This document shows positions 24,621 through 37,000 of a stretch of 64,000 bases of DNA, piece by piece (positions within the stretch are counted from its first letter, which is position 1; the number at the start of each line of letters is the position of its first letter). The stretch is taken from the NCBI RefSeq assembly GCF_026210795.1, contig NC_089432.1, positions 2,852,001-2,916,000 on the forward strand, in the 5' to 3' direction. Origin of the DNA: Rhizophagus irregularis. Lineage: Eukaryota. The translations under genes and the position numbers were made by a program. The notes below the pieces were generated by a model that did no database searches, was not told where the DNA came from, and saw nothing but the letters and a program-made list of their open reading frames with translations.

Positions 24621-25588
24621 ATAGTAATACGTATTCCAAATTATTTCGTAATTACATTATTTCAAATTATTATCAATGAAGGCGAAGTAAAGGAGTATTT
24701 TTGCCGCGTTTCTCTATGGTATTGCGCCACGTTGAAATTTACAATTGATAATTTGAAAATGTGAGAATTTGATGTAAATAATTATTTTAAACCAGTCATC
24801 CGTAAAATCGTAAATTATTAATGAGGACAAAGTAAAGGAGGTGTATAATTATTTTTGCTATGTTTTTCTGTATTGCATTTAAAATATGGATTATCACTTG
24901 AACTTGAGCGAAATGTTTCGGGCATCAAACTTTATAATGAATCCAAAAAAGTCTACTTCTTACTTTTTTAAAGTGGTAGAAGTACTGTATATCCAAATTA
25001 TTTTCTGAAATTAACAAAATTAATAAAATTAACTAATATCCCGATTTAAAAATATTTTTATATTTTCTTCAAAATGCACAATAAAATTTACCGCCAATTA
25101 AATGAATCAAAATGGCGAATTTTTCTAATTAACCAAATAAGAAAATAAAATATGAGTAAATGATTTTATAACTAATTTTTATTTTTATTTTCTTATGTTT
25201 TGTTTCTTAATTAAATACTCTTTGTATGTACAAAAAAATTTATTTATGAAAAAAAAAGCATAATAACGTCTAGTAATATGCAAGTAATGTTACCATTCGT
25301 CATTTCTTAAGCGATATTAAATCTTCATTTTATTTTATTTACATGATTTTCATGATATACATTCGAAGATATGCCATTAAGTAATACAAACTAGTGAATC
25401 GCCTAAACCTTGTGAAGCCCGGACTAATAATTTCCCATCCATGTTGATCATTTGATCATCAACTTATAAGGATGTGATACAAATTAGCTTTGTGCAACCT
25501 ATTTATTTTTAAAATTAAAAAAAAAAAATCATTACCAGTTAATATGCTGTAAGCGTACACCACTTGGTTTTTAAAAAAAGAAAAAAAA

Positions 25589-27063
25589 ATGACATCACTT
25601 TTTTATTCCAATCTTTCAAAAGACCTCTCCTTAATATTAAATAATGCTGACGATTACAATGTCATTATCCATGTTGGTGAAAACGACAATAAAAAAGAAT
25701 TTTATGCGCACTCAGTTATTTTACGTGCTCGTTCTTCTTATTTCAAGAGTGCACTTTCTACTAATTGGATTACAAAGAAAAATAATATGATTATATTTAA
25801 TAAACCAAATATTACTCCAGCCATTTTTGACATAATTATAAAGTAAGGATAATAATATTATTATTTTATTACATTATATTTGTTTTAATAAATTTTAATT
25901 TAAGATATATTTATACCGGAGAGCTTGATTTAACTAAACAACCGGGTGAAAATATTCTTGGATTGTTAATTGCATCTGATGAATTACTCCTTGAAGAATT
26001 ATTTGAATATGTTCAAAATTATTTAATTGAAAAACGAACTAGTTGGATTTATCAAAATTTCGTTCTCGTTCTTAATGATGTGTTTAGACTCGACAGTTGT
26101 AAGAAGCTACAAAATTATTGTCTTGAGTCTATCTGTAAGGATCCACTTCCATTTATTACTTCAAAATCTTGTCTGTTATTAGATGATAATGTCGTTTTTA
26201 GCTTGCTTAAAAGAGATGATTTACAAGTTAGAGAGATTATAATTTGGAACTTTTTAATCGAATGGGGTATTGAACAAACTCCTGATTTGCGAAGTGATAG
26301 AAATAATTGGAATAATGAGAATTACGAAACATTGGAGAAAACTTTAAATCAATTTATTCCTCTTATTCGGTTTGTGGGAATTTCTCATGAAGAATTAATT
26401 GATAAAGTTCAACCTTATAAGGCTATTATTCCCAATAATCTTTTAAAAGAAATTGAAGAATTTTGTTATAATAATATCTTACCAACTTTACCTCTCAGAA
26501 CGAGAAAAATTGAATCAAATATTATCAAATCAGAACTTATAAATTTAATAATAGTTAATTGGATTGACAAAAAAGATATTATGATTACTCGTACTGGTAA
26601 TGATCCTTTATATAAATTTAATCTTATTTATCGTGGTAGTCGTGATGGAATTAATAATAAATCATTTAAAAATAAGTGTAATGGAAGGGTAGCAAGTTTA
26701 GTTTTAATCAAAGTTTCAGGATCGAATAGAATCTTTGGTGGATATAGTTCTATTGGATTTAGTGCTTTAGGAAATAATCTTTGGAATAAATATGATGGAA
26801 TATTTTATGATTCATCAGATAATTTTATTTTTTCATTTGAAAATAGTGAAGATATACATAATATAAAAATAGGTCGTATAATAAATAATGATAAAGCTAT
26901 TCAAGATATTGAAACTTGTGGTTTTAATTTTGGTTGGAGTTCATTATCAATGATTAATACTAATTTAAATATTGTTAATCATGATATTTATGAAAGGATT
27001 TTACCTACAGAAAAAATTTTTTATATTACGGAATTAGAAACTTTTTCTGTAACTAAATTATAA
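25589..27063 (+). CDS. BTB/POZ-BACK-TLDc domain protein (2 exons)
   Basis: Exons 25589-25842 and 25905-27063 (phase-2 GT-AG intron). BTB motif FYAHSVILRARSSYF, BACK-like helical region, TLDc motifs LIYRGSRDG, IFGGYS, FIFSF, ELETF. Confidence 0.93.
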
Positions 27064-27539
27064 TTTTGTTTCATTCTCATTTAATAAAGCATATAATTTA
27101 TTATTATTATAATTCTAAAGTCATTAAGAGACAAAGGATGCAGCTTTTTTAAGTGATTTTATTAATAAATCTTTAATTTTTAAGGCATAGGTAAAGGGAG
27201 CTTTTATTATGTGAATATGGAAAATATAATCAATTTTAATTGAACAAATCCGTGTTATGTTTGATTATGAGAAATCAAACCTTTACATTGTTCAATATTC
27301 ATAATCAAATAACTACCAAAATATAGGGTGTCCGATAAATCCAAATAATTCGCAAAGTGTAGCGTTATAATTAATCACTAATAATGAAAGAATTGATAGT
27401 ATTGAAAATAATTAACCATAAGGTCACATGCAATATATTAATAATAATTTTTTGTTAATAAATTGGTTTTTTGTATTTTGAATTTTGACAATCACTGAAG
27501 AAAAATTCATGCAATTTTTTTTTCTTAATATTAAGAGAG

Positions 27540-28737
27540 CTTAATTGTGGATTATGCTGCAATTGAATTTCATAATCCTGAGATTAAAAAATCAGTGTCA
27601 ATCCCTAGTAGGTCAATAATTATAACATGTAAAAATATCAAATTTCTTAATCAGATTATAAATAATAATCAGTAGAAGATATATCATGTATTCAATTTAA
27701 TTGAAAATATTAAACAAAATCTTAATCATCTTTCAATCATTATAGATGAATGTAGTACAATTCTATTACAAAATTTAGGACAAACCAATCCTCCTAAATT
27801 AGAAAATTTACATCTGTATCTTTATTAGTGCTTCGATCCATGCATGGATAAAACCGCGGTATCCGGATATCCAAAAAAAAAATAGCTATCCGGATACCGC
27901 GGTTTTATCCAGATAAAATATCCGGAGAGAAAATATCTGGTTTGAACCGTTATCCGGATAAAAAAAATTATAAAATATTTTTTTTAATCATTTAAATTAC
28001 CTTATTTATTGAAATTATTATCTATTAAATTACCATTTGTTAAAATCATAATCTATCTTACTAAAATTACTATTAGAATATTCAATAATTCAGGCCATCT
28101 ATAATGCCAGCCCGAATTTTGTGAAATTGATATTTGTCAAGAGGCAGCAGTATCCGGCCCAGCTTAATAAAATTTGGGATTTTTGTAATTTTGGCCGCCA
28201 TTATATGTTTGGCCCAAATTACTGTTGATCCATGATTTAAAAAAAAAATTTTTTCTAATAGTTAGGCTGAATTGATTAATTTTATGTTACAAAATGGTAT
28301 ATAAATATAATAAAAATAATTAGTTTATGCCTAATCTTCCATTATTTTGCGATTTTAATGTGCTTTTTATATTTATAATAATGTATTTATTGCAAAATTT
28401 TACGTTTCTCAAATTTTCAAAAAATTGACATAATTCAGGCAAAATTCGTAGTGCTGGCCGAAATTAAAATTTTATTTTGTTTAAAATTAATAAAATGTCA
28501 CTAATTTCGTTAAAAATATTAAGTCAAAATTTAATTAAGTTAATGCCACTGATATTATTTGTTAAGATCGATCAATGAAAAAAATTATTTATATATAATC
28601 TTATCCGGGTTTCAGTTTCTATCCGGATATATCCGGATTTATATCCGAACCGAATAATCCAGATAAAACCCGGATAATTTTTTTAATTTATCTGGATAAC
28701 GGTTTCTACCCGGATCGAAGCACTAATCTTTATCACA
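27540..28737 (+). pseudogene. Upstream part of a disrupted F-box-like paralog
   Basis: CKNIKFL..LIENIKQNLNHLSI..LQNLGQTNPPKLENLHLYLY matches the 44594 and 47542 genes. Interrupted by a hAT MITE, then by the 14.8-kb insertion. The N-terminal part is missing or decayed. Confidence 0.85.
27826..28725. mobile_element. hAT-type MITE (same TIR family as 5028-5746)
   Basis: TIR TAGTGCTTCGATCC / GGATCGAAGCACTA. Perfect 8-bp TSD ATCTTTAT (27818-27825, 28726-28733). Confidence 0.93.
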
Positions 28738-29475
28738 TTAGATTATATACTAAAGAAATCAAATTTTTTAAAAAATTTCTTTAGTAACTGGATGAACAAT
28801 TTCTAGAATTCGACAAGTTAGAATCTACAGTTTAAGTTTAAATTATATTAAAGTTAGTTATAGAGTCATTAATGGTCTGTCATTAATGGTTCTAGATATT
28901 TAGAAAGTTTATACGTTATATTTTATATAATAAACTAAATAAATGCGTTACTAACTAAAAAAAAAAAATTAGGAAAAGGATTATTACAATTAAAAAGTCA
29001 GGATGAACTGACAGTAGGTGAAAACGGGATTTGAGACCACGGGCGCGGATTAAGTCAAACAATCACACATTTAGAGCATCAAAAGACGAACAATATTATG
29101 ATGTAGCTGATAGTTTAGCAGATCTGAAGGTTTCTAATGGCGAAAATAAAGATGTATCAACAGGTAAAGTAAGTACTAAAGAGAAAGAAAATGTAGGTAT
29201 TATCAATGTAAATAGGAAATGTGCTGCTGAAACTCAAGCTTCTAGAGGGTATAATGATATCAATAGTAAAAGTAGTGATAGTGATGGACTATGGAAAGCC
29301 GCCATGGTCAAAAGTGCGTAGCAAAACATAGCGTGTATACGCTATGTTTTGTAGCGCGTATACGTTATATTTCACGGCGGGTTACCCCTGTTCTGTCTGT
29401 TTCAGGGGTAACCTGTTGCAAAAAATAGCGTTTAATACGCTATATTTCATAGCGTTATATACATTATATGTTATG

Positions 29476-29610
29476 ACGGGTACCCGTTATAAGAAACGGC
29501 AGGTACCTGTTATAAGGAACGGCGGGTACCCGCTATAAGAAACGGCGGGTACCCGTTATAAGAAACAACAGGTACCCGCTATAAGAAACGGCGGGTCCCG
29601 TTATAAGAAC
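29476..29610. repeat. ~23-bp tandem repeat GGGTACCCGTTATAAGAAACGGC
   Basis: About 6 units. A related array (GGCGGGTACCCGATATGTGAA) lies at 31470-31600 in the same element. Confidence 0.85.
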
Positions 29611-30697
29611 TGGCAGTCAGCATATTAACTTTTGATATCAATAATGATAATTATTTATTTAATGAAATTTTATTTGCAAATATTAAAATTTAAGTCACCC
29701 ATTTACGATTTTAAAGAAAAAAATCACCATATATTTATTTTTATTTAAGTGTAAAAATAAAAGAAACAATAACAATAAATAAAAGGATAAGTAAATTACA
29801 ATAATCAAGGAGAAAGATGCTAATAAAAAAATGAAATAACAGTGGGAGTAATGGAAAGTAATAGAAGATGAAAGGTAGTAAAAAAGAGTAATGAGAAGTG
29901 ATAGGAAACAAAAAGGAGAAATAGGACATAATGAGAGATGAAAAGGAGTGATGGGAGACGAAAAGAAGTGATGGGAGACAAAGAGGAGTGATAAGCAATA
30001 AAAAGGAGTTATGGGAGACAAAAAGAAGATGAAGAGGAACAAAAAGAAGTGATGGGAGACGAAAAGAACGAAAAAGAGTGATGGTAGACGAAGAGGAGTG
30101 GTGGAAGACGAAAAGGAGCGATGGGAGATGAAAAGAAGTGATGGGAAGATGAAGAGAAGTAAAAATTTATTAAAATTGTAAATTTAATAAAAAATTTTCC
30201 AATAAATTTTCAATCAATTTTTATAAAAAAAATTAAAAAAAAATTTCAAGCCAAAATTCTCAATACACTTATTAAAAAAAAACTATTATCAATAAAATTT
30301 TCTATTAAGATTTCTAAACAAAATTCTCCATCAAAAAAATAAAAAAAATTTTCAACAAACAATTCTCTAATGAAATTCTCAATCAAAAAAAATATTCCTG
30401 ATTAAAAAGATTCTTACCACCTATTAAAAAAAATTCTCAAAGAATTTCTATATCAAAAAAAAACTCTCCTATTAAAAAAAAAATCTTTACCGAAATTCTC
30501 TATCAAAAAAAAGTCTTCCCTGTTAAAAAAATTTACACTAACGAAATTATCTATCAAAAAAAAATTCTATGATGAAATTTCTATCAAAAAAAAAAAAAAT
30601 TCTCAGCGAAATTCTTTAATGAAATTCTCTATCAAAAACAATCCCCCTATTAAAAAAAATTCTCTAATAAAATTCTCCGTCAAAAAATACTTTCACC

Positions 30698-30963
30698 TAG
30701 GGATGGCAACGGTTATAATCATAACCGTTTAACTGACCGTTTAACCACATTTAACTGACCGTTTGACCGACCATTTAAACATTTGACCGACCATTTTTAA
30801 CCGTTTAACCGACCATTTGACTAATTATTTAAGTAAAATAGTATAACCGACCATTTAACCGACCGTTTAACCAATTTTTTAACCGACCATAACCGACTGT
30901 TTAAATTTCTATAACTGATTATAACCGACCATAACCGACCATAACCGACCGTTGCCATCCCTA
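30698..30963. mobile_element. hAT-type MITE nested in the IS3EU-like element
   Basis: TIR TAGGGATGGCAACGGT / ACCGTTGCCATCCCTA. Perfect 8-bp TSD CTTTCACC. Internal TAACCGACC repeats. Confidence 0.95.
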
Positions 30964-33900
30964 CTTTCACCCATTAAAAAAATTCTCAAAAGAAATTCTT
31001 TATCAAGGAAAACTCCCTCAATTAAAAAAAAATTCGTAACGAAATTCTCTATCAAAAAAAATTTCACTTGTTAAAAAATTTTCTAACGAAATTATCTATC
31101 AAAAAAAAATCTTCTCTATTAAATAATTCTCTATCAAAAAAATCTCTCCTGTTAAAAAAAATTGCTCCAACAAATTAAGTATACATCAAAAAAAAAAAAT
31201 CTCATTAAAAAAAATTCTCCAATGAAATTTCTATCAATTAAAAGTTTTTAACAAAATTATCCATCAAAAAAAAACTCAGAAATGTTCCTATCAATGAAAA
31301 AAATTTTCTAACGAAATTTTTTATCAAAAAAAATCTTCTTATTAAAAAAATTCCCAATGAAATTCTATCAAACAAAGCCTTTGCCTATATTAAAAATAAA
31401 AATTCTCTACAAAATTTGTTTATAAAAAAAAGCCAATAAAAAAAAAAAATTTTTTTTTAAAAAAAATTAAATGGCAGGTACCCGATATGTGAAATGGCGG
31501 GTACCCGATATGTGAAGCGGCAGGTACCCAATATGTGAAGCGGCGGGTACCTGATATGTAGAACGGCGGGTACCTGATATTTGAAACGGCAGGTATTCGA
31601 TCCCTTAATAATTTAAAATTTGGTCCAAAATAAATTAATAAACCATTATAATATAAAGCGCATACGCGTTAAATTATGTAGCGTATACACGTTGCTTTTT
31701 ATGGCGGTGTAAACAGTCAAATATCAAGCATGAAAATATGATAAAATTCAACCACCAAATGTAATTGCCAAATATCAAGAACGAACAAATTAATTGTGAA
31801 TTGGCGTAGACGGATAAATAATTAGCCGAAAAGGATAAACATTTAGGAAGAGATATGATCTACATGATGTAATATTTATCAAATGATTGACAAAGAACCA
31901 ATAGGATAAATAGAGTCGATCAATTGGGGCTTAGCAATCTTTAACAATGAGAACGATTAGAAAGAATAATTATAAGCCACAAAAGATAGATTATAAGCAA
32001 AACACATAAAGCGAATTGAAAGAACATATAAAATAATGTCAGAAAGATTAAAGAACATAAAATAATATAAAAGATAATATAAAAAGATAGTATAAAGATG
32101 GAACATAAAAGATGACATATTAAAAAGAACATATATAAAAAGATAGCGTATTTAAAATATAGATAATACAAAGATATTATAAAAGATAATATATATATAA
32201 AAGATAGCATATTAAAAGATAGCGTATTTAAAATATAGATAGTATATTAGAAAGATAGTTCAAAGATAATATGTAAAAAGAACATAAAAGATAGTATATA
32301 GATAGAATAGAAAGTAGCGTAAAATTTGTATAAATAGAGAACGGAATTCAAAGTAATTCCACAGTTCTCATCCACAGAACTCAATAAAAATATAAGTTTC
32401 ATTTAATTATTTGTTAATGAAGTTTAATATTAATTAGAGGTAATAGGTTCGCCCTAAACTTTAATTAATGTTCGCTTAATTAATTTTGATTGAATAAAAT
32501 GGAAATTTAAGATGAATTAAATATATACTTTTGGAAGGTAATAATTCGTAGCGAGAGCTATCGAAGTTTGAAATTAAAGGTAAAAGTGGATATAATTTGG
32601 GGAAAATTTAGAGAAGTTAATTTTTATTTTATATCGTTTAATGTTTTATATTACTAACGCTATTTATGTCATGAACCAAGAATGTTGTTGTTATATGTTG
32701 TTGTATGTTGTTCGTTGATTATGTTGTTTGATTATGTCGTTAATTATTTGCTTGTTCGTTTAATTGCTCGTTCGTTTGTTTATTTGTTCGTTCGACCATG
32801 AGAATGCCCGTTCGATGTGGCAACTCTGTAAATTGATGACAGAGGGAATTGGGGGATCTCAGCAGGTTACCCCTGAAATTGACAGGTTAACCCAACAGAA
32901 CAGGGGTAACCCGCCGTGAAATATAACGTGTATACGCTATGTTTTGTAGCGTGTACACGCTATGTTTTGCTACGCACTTTTGACCACTACCGCTTGCCAT
33001 AATGGACATACGCTAGATTAGACAAGTTTTAAACTAGCATGGTCTTTTTTGGTGTAGGTTTCAATATAAATTTGTAGAAAATAGATACTTTATTGACACA
33101 CTGTATGTATATATGGTGAATATGGGTCTGATTAAGATGTTAATTGACTCCAGCACTAATAAAGTATTAGTCAAAAAAAAAAAAAAATTAACCAGTTAAT
33201 GTACCTTCGAAAATTAATTAACTAGTTAATAACTGTATGTACATATATACTGTATATTCTTTTATAATAATTTTACAATAATTAAAAAGTATTTTTACTA
33301 AATAAAACAATGCTACTTGATATTATATTATAAATTAAAATTATTCAAAATTACAAAAAACAGTTATTTATAAAAACTACATATATTAAAATTAATGTTA
33401 AATAACTCTTGAATGTAAAAATATTCAAAATAATAGGTCATCAGAATTTTAATATTCAGCTGGAATAATCTTGAAATTGTAACACTTAAAAGAAGTGATT
33501 TTATAACTGTTCCTGAAGCAATTAGAGAATATGAATGACTTGAAAGAATAGCCAATAACCTCTTGCCAATCTAACGTCTATTGCACCTATTGAATAATAA
33601 TATACATATTATTAAATTTGCTCAAATAGTTTATAAATTAATGAATAAAATGTTAATTTGATTTTTTTCACAGCATAAAACAATCATGTTAATAGAGGCA
33701 ATATGAGGATAAAAGTAGTAGTGATGGTAATGGTGGTGGTGATGAACTATTTACACCTCCCTAGTTAATTGTAAACGAAATGTCGAAACATATAGAATTC
33801 TAACTAAAATGATATAATAATAAATACCCTAACAATATAATCAATTGTAATTAGGAGCTTTGAAATTACAAATCATGTGATAAGATGCAGTGTAAGACGA

Positions 33901-34091
33901 ATAAGAAACACCAAAAAAATAAATAGTAATTGCCTAAAACGAAATGATCAACCAGTTACTGCGATTTCGTAACATATGCAATGCTTGTACTTGTGATCAA
34001 CGGCTTTTGCATATAATGCATTTTGTATAAATATTACCATATATACCCATATTAAAGAATATTTACATTATCTTGAGATAATTATATAGTA

Positions 34092-37000
34092 ATGGCTCAC
34101 AGTAATGATAAGGGTAATAATTATATGTAATATATATAGCGTATAATTAGAATAAAATTTTTAAACAAATTTGCAATGTAATAAAATTAGTTTCCGAAGA
34201 ATTTGAAGGAAGTACTAGTACCAAGGAATCTGAAGGTATATTGAACAGGCTGAAATATTAAATTTTTGTTTGCATACTATCTATAATTGTACCTTACATA
34301 ATAATTTAAGCAAACTAACTATTATACAAAAAATTATATTAAATAATTTAGCTCGTAAGTTAATAGGTTATATTACAATTGAATAATAATGGAATTACTT
34401 ATCATTTTTGTTATATTTCATGTAATTAAATAACTTATTTAATAATTAATAATACTATAGTCAGTAAGTTATTAGTTATTTAAATATTTGGTTTTTTACT
34501 TTATTTTATTTTACATAATATTCAAAATAACTAAATTCTTTGTTTAATAACTATTTGATTAATTAATTGTATTACAGTTGGTAAGTTACAATATCATATT
34601 TATTTGTTTAATATTTTATATAATCCAACTAATTATATTCTTAATTTAAATGACCAGATTGTAAGTAATATATTTAATTTGCAGTAAATATTTTGTATTA
34701 CATTTATATCCAACTAAATAGTTAATTAATAATACTAGGGTGTAAGTTATATATACCTATATTTCTGTTATTTATATAATTTAAATTAATTAAATTAAAA
34801 TTATTTTGGAATTTCTTTTAGTTGGTAAGTTATATGTTATTTATTTAATTCTATTGTTACTTAATTTAAACTAATTAAATTTCTTTATTTAAATAGATAG
34901 TAAGTTATAAGCTATTTATTTAATTCTATTATTACTTGTTTATATAATATTTATATATAATTTAAACTAACTAAATTTCTTTATTTAAATAGATAGTAAG
35001 TTATAGGTTATTTATTTTATTACTTGTTTATATAATATTTACATATAATTTAAATAACTAAATTCTTTATTTAAATAGATTGTAAGTTATAAGTTATTTA
35101 TTTAATTCTATTATTACTTATTTATATAATATTTATTTATAATTTAAACTAATTAAATTATTTATTTATAATATTATTTAATAATATAGGGTGTAAGTTA
35201 TTTATTTAATTCTATTATTACTTATTTATATAATATTTACATATAATTTAACTAACTAAATTCTTTATTTAAAAAAATATTTTGTAATTTCTTTTAGTTG
35301 GTATGTTATAACTTATAAGTTATCTATTTAATTCTATAATATTTATTTACATTAGTTGTTTACATATATGATTTATATATAATTTAAAATTAACTTCTTA
35401 TTTAAAAAATTATTTTGTAATTTCTTTTAGTTGGTAAGTTATAAGTTTTTTATTAATCCTATTATTACTTGTTTATGTGATAATTAAATATAATTTAAAC
35501 CAATTAAATTCTTTATTTAAATTATTTAAATAGATGGTAAGTTATAAGTTATTTAATTCTATTATTACTTATTTATATAATATTTACATATAATTTAAAC
35601 TAACTAAATTCTTTATTTAAATAGATGGTAAGTTATAAATTATTTATTTAATTCTATTATTACTTATTTACATATAATTTTAACTGACTAAATTCTTTAT
35701 TTAAATAGATTGTAAGTTATAAGGATTGATTTAATTCTATTATTACTTATTTATATAATAATATTTACATATAATTTAAATTAACTAATAAATTCTTTAT
35801 TTAAATAGATGGTAAGTTATAAGTTATTTATTTAATTCTATTATTACTTATTTATATAATATTTATTATTTACATACAATATAAACTAACTAAATTCTTT
35901 ATTTAAAAATTTATTTTATAGGTGGTATGTTATTTATTTAATTCTTTTATTACTTATTTATATAATATTTATAATATGAGTAAATTTATTCATCGCACGT
36001 GCGATGCATCGCCACTTTCCTTTTTTGTAAATTATTTATGTTGATCAACCTGCTTATACATCGCCACCCCCCTTAAAATGGCAATGATAAACATAAAAAT
36101 TTGCATCGCACGTGCGATAAATAAATTATTTCTTATAATATTTACGTGTAATTTAAACTAATAAAATTCTTTATTTAAATAGATTGTAAGTTATAAGTTA
36201 TTTATTTAATTCTATTATTACTTATTTATATAATACTTATATATAATTTAAACTAACTAAATTTTTTATTTATAGGGCGTAAGTTATATTTATTTAATTC
36301 TATTATTACTTACTAATTATATAATATTTACATACAATTTAAACTAACTAAATTCTTTATTTAAAAAATTATTTATAGATGGTATGTTATTTATTTAATT
36401 CTATTATTACTTATTTATATAATATTTTCATATAATTTAAGCTAACTAACAAATTCTTTATTTAAATAGATGGTAAGTTATGAGTTTTTTATTTAATTCT
36501 ATTATTAGTACTTATTTATATAATATTTACATATAATTTAAACTAACTAAATTCTTTATTTATAATATTATTTAATAATATAGGGCGTAAGTTATTTATT
36601 TAATTCTATTATTACTTATTTATATAATATATACATACAATTTAAACTAACTAAATTCTTTATTCAAAAAATTATTTCATAGATGGTATGATGTTATTTA
36701 TTTAATTCTATTATTACTTATTTATATAATATTTACATATAATTTAAACTAATTAAATTCTTTATTTATAATATTATTTAATAATATAGGGCGTAAGTTA
36801 TTTATTTAATTCCATTATTACTTATTTATATAATATTTATTATTTACATACAATTTAAACTAACTAAATTCTTTATTTAAAAAATTATTTTATAGATGGT
36901 ATGTTATTTATTTAATTCTATTATTTAATATTTACATATAATATGAATTAACTAAATTCTTTATTTAAATAGATAGTAAGTTATAAGTTATTTATTTAAT

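Larger units (their letters stand above)
29290..33001. mobile_element. Non-autonomous TIR element with TATGG...CCATA ends and 6-bp TSD (IS3EU-like)
   Basis: ~105-bp TIRs (TATGG(A/C)AAGC..TGGTCAAAAGTGCGTAGCAAAACATAGCGTG...CACGGCGGGTTACCCCTGTTCTGT). Perfect TSD ATGGAC at 29284-29289 and 33002-33007. Confidence 0.85.

Noticed and set aside
29031..29321. 96-aa ORF inside the large insertion
   Set aside because: No ATG start or recognisable motif. Its 3' end runs into the IS3EU-like TIR, and the reconstructed frame stops shortly after the TSD.
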